A stretch of DNA of 64,000 nt from assembly GCF_018977255.1 (NCBI RefSeq), contig NW_024704742.1, positions 3,472,001 through 3,536,000 on the forward strand, given 5' to 3'. Each line of letters begins with the position of its first letter. Within the stretch, counting starts at the first letter, position 1. The DNA comes from Callorhinchus milii. Taxonomy: Eukaryota. The notes under the pieces are model-generated. The model worked only from the letters and a program-made list of their open reading frames with translations. It did no database searches and was not told the origin of the DNA. The position numbers and the translations under genes were made by a program. Of the stretch, positions 60,353 to 64,000 are shown piece after piece.

Positions 60353-62744
60353 TGGTACCTCCCTCCTTTGGAGTTTAATCTAAAGCATTATATCCCGTCC
60401 CTGTTCCCTTTTCCCAACAACTTATTCCCTGCAAGCCAAAGCCCTAACGAGTAGAGGGCGATCCTAAACAGGACAAGCAGCGAGAAGCTTGCCAAACAGT
60501 GTGTTCAATGACAAGCTATGAGATTTTAGATGGATAACTTCCAGCTGTACCCGCCCCCGTCCCACCCCACCCCCTCCCCCAACCCCCAGCGTACACTCTG
60601 GGGTCTCCAAGCTGGGCCTAATATTCTCCAGAATTAGGTAAGCAGAATGCGTCCCTCCGGGGAGAGAGTGCGCATTCCATTCCGATAAATATCTCGGGAA
60701 TTTCCATGTGTTAGGTGGGACGCACAGAATTCTCAGTTTGGTGGGGATACTCTTAAGCCTGTCGATGGATTTCCACATGTGTCAGACATCTGGGCTGACC
60801 AAAAACAAACGACCCCAAATCTTCCCACTGTTGGCTGCAAAAAACAAGGTGTGATTTGAAATAAGGTAAGCTGGACCAATGCTGCCGTGGCAGGGACATT
60901 GGTGATCGGGAACAGAGCAAACCTCTTCGGGTCATTCACATCATGGCTGTTTGTAGGGCATTGCTGTGTGCAAATTGGCTGCCACCTTCACCTACAAATA
61001 CATAGCCACTGCTTCCAGTAAAATGCTGTGAAGCACCTCACTTGACGTCTGGACAATATGATAAAGCACTACATCAAACGCAGGGAATATTATCGAAGGA
61101 TTACTTTTCCCTTGCATCCTCTGGAACGCAGAGGATTGCTGCACGTCCCCAAGAACCACAGCACACTGGTTACGTGCCAGTACATGACAGCGGTCTCCGG
61201 AACTCGAGAGGCAACTAGAGACGCAGCAATAACTATCTTCTCCACAGCACAAACTGGGAGCACTGCAGGAGAGAGCAATCAGTTTGATCTCCAGTGTTAA
61301 GAGGAAGGAGCTAATGTAAGTGTGCTACAAATACAGTCGCTCCACTTTACAGTATGTCCTGTGACGTGCTTAGAGGCGTCCTCCCAAAGAGAAAGGCGCG
61401 ATGACAAAGGAAAGGATTATTATTACTATTTTCAGCCTCGTGATGCAGCACCGAGGCATCAGGACAATAAGGATAATGCTGGAAAGTATATCTTTTAATA
61501 AACAGCTTGTTGCTATAAATGGGAGGACGGGAAAGTGGATATTCTAGAAGGATGAGAACCATAGGGCTGAAGGAACTTTCTTCATCCAAATGTCTCTTTT
61601 GAAGGCAGAGAGGGAGGGGGCAAGGGAGAGGGACTCCGGGATGCAGGTCCAGAAAATGGGAGCAGAACGACTGAAAGTTTGCCCAACAATGGATGTATTA
61701 TAGAGGAATTTAAACATGGGAAATGAGTGGGGGAGCCTTACTAAATTTTAATAGATTGCATCTCATGTTTTCCCTCCTTGTTTGATATTTTATATCGGGA
61801 ACTCGCATAGAAGTTACCGCCTGAGGCAGATGAGACCACGTTGCAGATAGCTTGGGGCCTCTTAACATTCAGCAGTCGAATTGTTTCATTTTTGGGGCCT
61901 TCGTGGTTTGGGGCAGAAATTATGAGCGTAATTCGCTATTGCGATACATTTTTAAAGGAGCCAAATCGCTGCGCTGAACTCTCGTGCAATGCAAACATAC
62001 GCTTGCTGAACGCCAAGCCTTACGGGAAAACCCCCGAGTCTCAGAAAGAAGGACGACTAAATCATGGTGAAAAACAAAATGTTGCATCTTTGCCCCAGAG
62101 TGACCTTTTTCCAGTGGTTTCACTCATGTTGGTGCAAAGCGCCTGGAAAGCGAAAGGAAATACCTTTTTGCTTCTCTGTTGGTTTAAAAGTCCTCCCAAA
62201 GCCGCTATCCACTGCTTCACATGTCAAACGCTTCAGCAAGTAAAACATTTCCAATTAACCCAACTACCGCAGAAGTCTCTGAATTCATCTGTGGGGCCCC
62301 AAATAAATTATTCGTGGTAGAGCTGACAAGAGAAGAACCTCCAGGGTCAGCTCTACCCTTGGGGTCAAATTATACTGTAGTTCACATTCCAGTACTAATG
62401 GAAATAAACTTGGTGAGGAATCTTTTCGCTAGAGCAAAAAAATACGCGGTGGTTAGAAAGAAAACTGAGTTATTAACGAGGAGAAAAGATTTGATAAGAG
62501 TAGGATGGTCTAATTCGGATGCGAATGAGTTCACGTCCACAGTATTTGCATATGATCAGCCCCCTTTTTTTTAACATAAATAAAAGTCATGATTCTCAAG
62601 TGTGGCATTACAGGTTACCACTGACTGAGTGAAACTTGTTTTATTTAGCCAACATCAGATCAATCGTACGTACTATGTAAGTTTATTCTACCGCAATCAT
62701 TGCACGCTGTGGAGCACTGGTCAAGATATTCTTGAAAAAGTTAA

Positions 62745-63156
62745 ATAATAATCCTTGTATTTGATATACGTTAGCGCCTCTCAAAGCGCTTCATGGGATA
62801 TGCTGTAAATTGCAGTGCCTGTGTACTTTCTGGGCAAACAACACATCTTCAGACAGCGATGACCCACGAAGAATCACGGAGTGAACAGCTGATTTTTTTT
62901 ATCTGAGGGGTTTCTGGCCAGGAGACCGGGAGAACTTCCCTTCTCTTTTCGAACAGTGCCATGGGATCTTTGATATCCACCTGGACAAGCAGACGGTTTA
63001 AACGTCTCATCCAAAGAACAGCATCTCTGACAATCTGGCACAATCCAACGCTGCATTGGAGGGTTCAGGTGTGAGATCAAAGTTTCTGATGTAAGGCTTG
63101 AAAACACAACCATCTGGCTCGGAGGCAAGAACGCTACCAACTGAACCAGGCTGACA
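62745..63156 (-). mobile_element. Deu-SINE family B, full length
   Basis: gctaccaactgaaccaggctgacac head; gtgccatgggatctttgatatccacctgg; tail. Confidence 0.85.
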
Positions 63157-64000
63157 CCTACCAGGCCAGGCCGACAAAATGAAATAATCTACCCACAAAT
63201 TGTTTTTCCAAGCCCTCCAGGACATTTGGCTGGGCCACTGGTAAAACCGGGCCAACTTTAAAACAGTCCCATCTCTTGCACCATAAATGTTTAGGAGTGG
63301 GATTTAATGCTCCTCGGTTCTGTGCTCTCATTGAGCCGTCGTCTTGTCCTTTTGTTGCTTTTGAAACGTTATGAGAATTTCAAGCTTTTCCCTCACAGCG
63401 CCAATGAATGTTAACTCACGTTTCATCTCTGAGACGATCTTTACAGTTTTATCTTCTAACCCCCACCCTACCCCCAGACCCCCACCCCCAATAATCCGCT
63501 TGTTCTAATGGCTGAAACAGGGTCAGTCTCGACTGTCCGGTTGGCTGTACCTGTCAATGCCTGAGACCGGCTCAGTCCACGCCCACGGCCGAGGTTTTTT
63601 TCCGCTAGTTTGCAGACAGATGGCGAACAGGAGCAGGAACTCTGTCCGATTCCTCCCCTCCCTTGCCCACAACTCTGAGGCCCGTTAAGACTACCGCATT
63701 CCTCAACCTGGCAGAGATCAGTACAGCCGCATCTTTGTAACGCACAGCCACAGGCAAAACAATAAACCCCCACGTGGAGGGTGGAAAGGAAGAGAGAGAG
63801 GGTAGAGGAGGGGGGGAGGGGAGGAGCACTGTTTCCAGCTTGATACAGTGCCACATCCAGCATACTCCCTCGCACAGCCACCCACTCCATCTCCATTGTC
63901 GCTCACTGCGAGAACGCACCAACTACCCCATCTTCTTACCCCAGAAAACATACGAGCGCCTCTCCCGAACATAACGCAGGGGGGAGACAGACGCAGCTCA

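Overview
Eukaryotic, repeat-dense, mostly non-coding DNA. The repeats point to a cartilaginous fish, possibly a chimaera; this is inferred from recalled repeat consensus sequences, not a search. The window is dominated by four groups. (1) A tRNA(Ala-TGC-like)-headed SINE, called family A here, with an apparent CORE-like block, a partial Deu domain and an L2-type 3' stem-loop tail, in older and near-identical young subfamilies. (2) Many older Deu-domain SINEs (family B). (3) 5'-truncated L2 and CR1 LINE fragments, including a decayed CR1 endonuclease. (4) Penelope-type inverted-repeat remnants with a hammerhead-like core, plus microsatellites. No host protein-coding gene could be recognised. 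Several isolated exon-like segments, a CpG-rich promoter-like block (about 9.3-10.1 kb) and a TATA/first-exon-like block (about 19.6-20.0 kb) suggest the window lies within or next to a large transcription unit. No CRISPR array, rRNA or bona fide tRNA gene was found, and almost all listed ORFs are spurious. The best-supported observations concern the SINE/LINE system: composite SINE architecture, a covarying 3' stem-loop, a tail change between subfamilies and reiterated 5' junctions. Repeat boundaries are approximate, read by eye.
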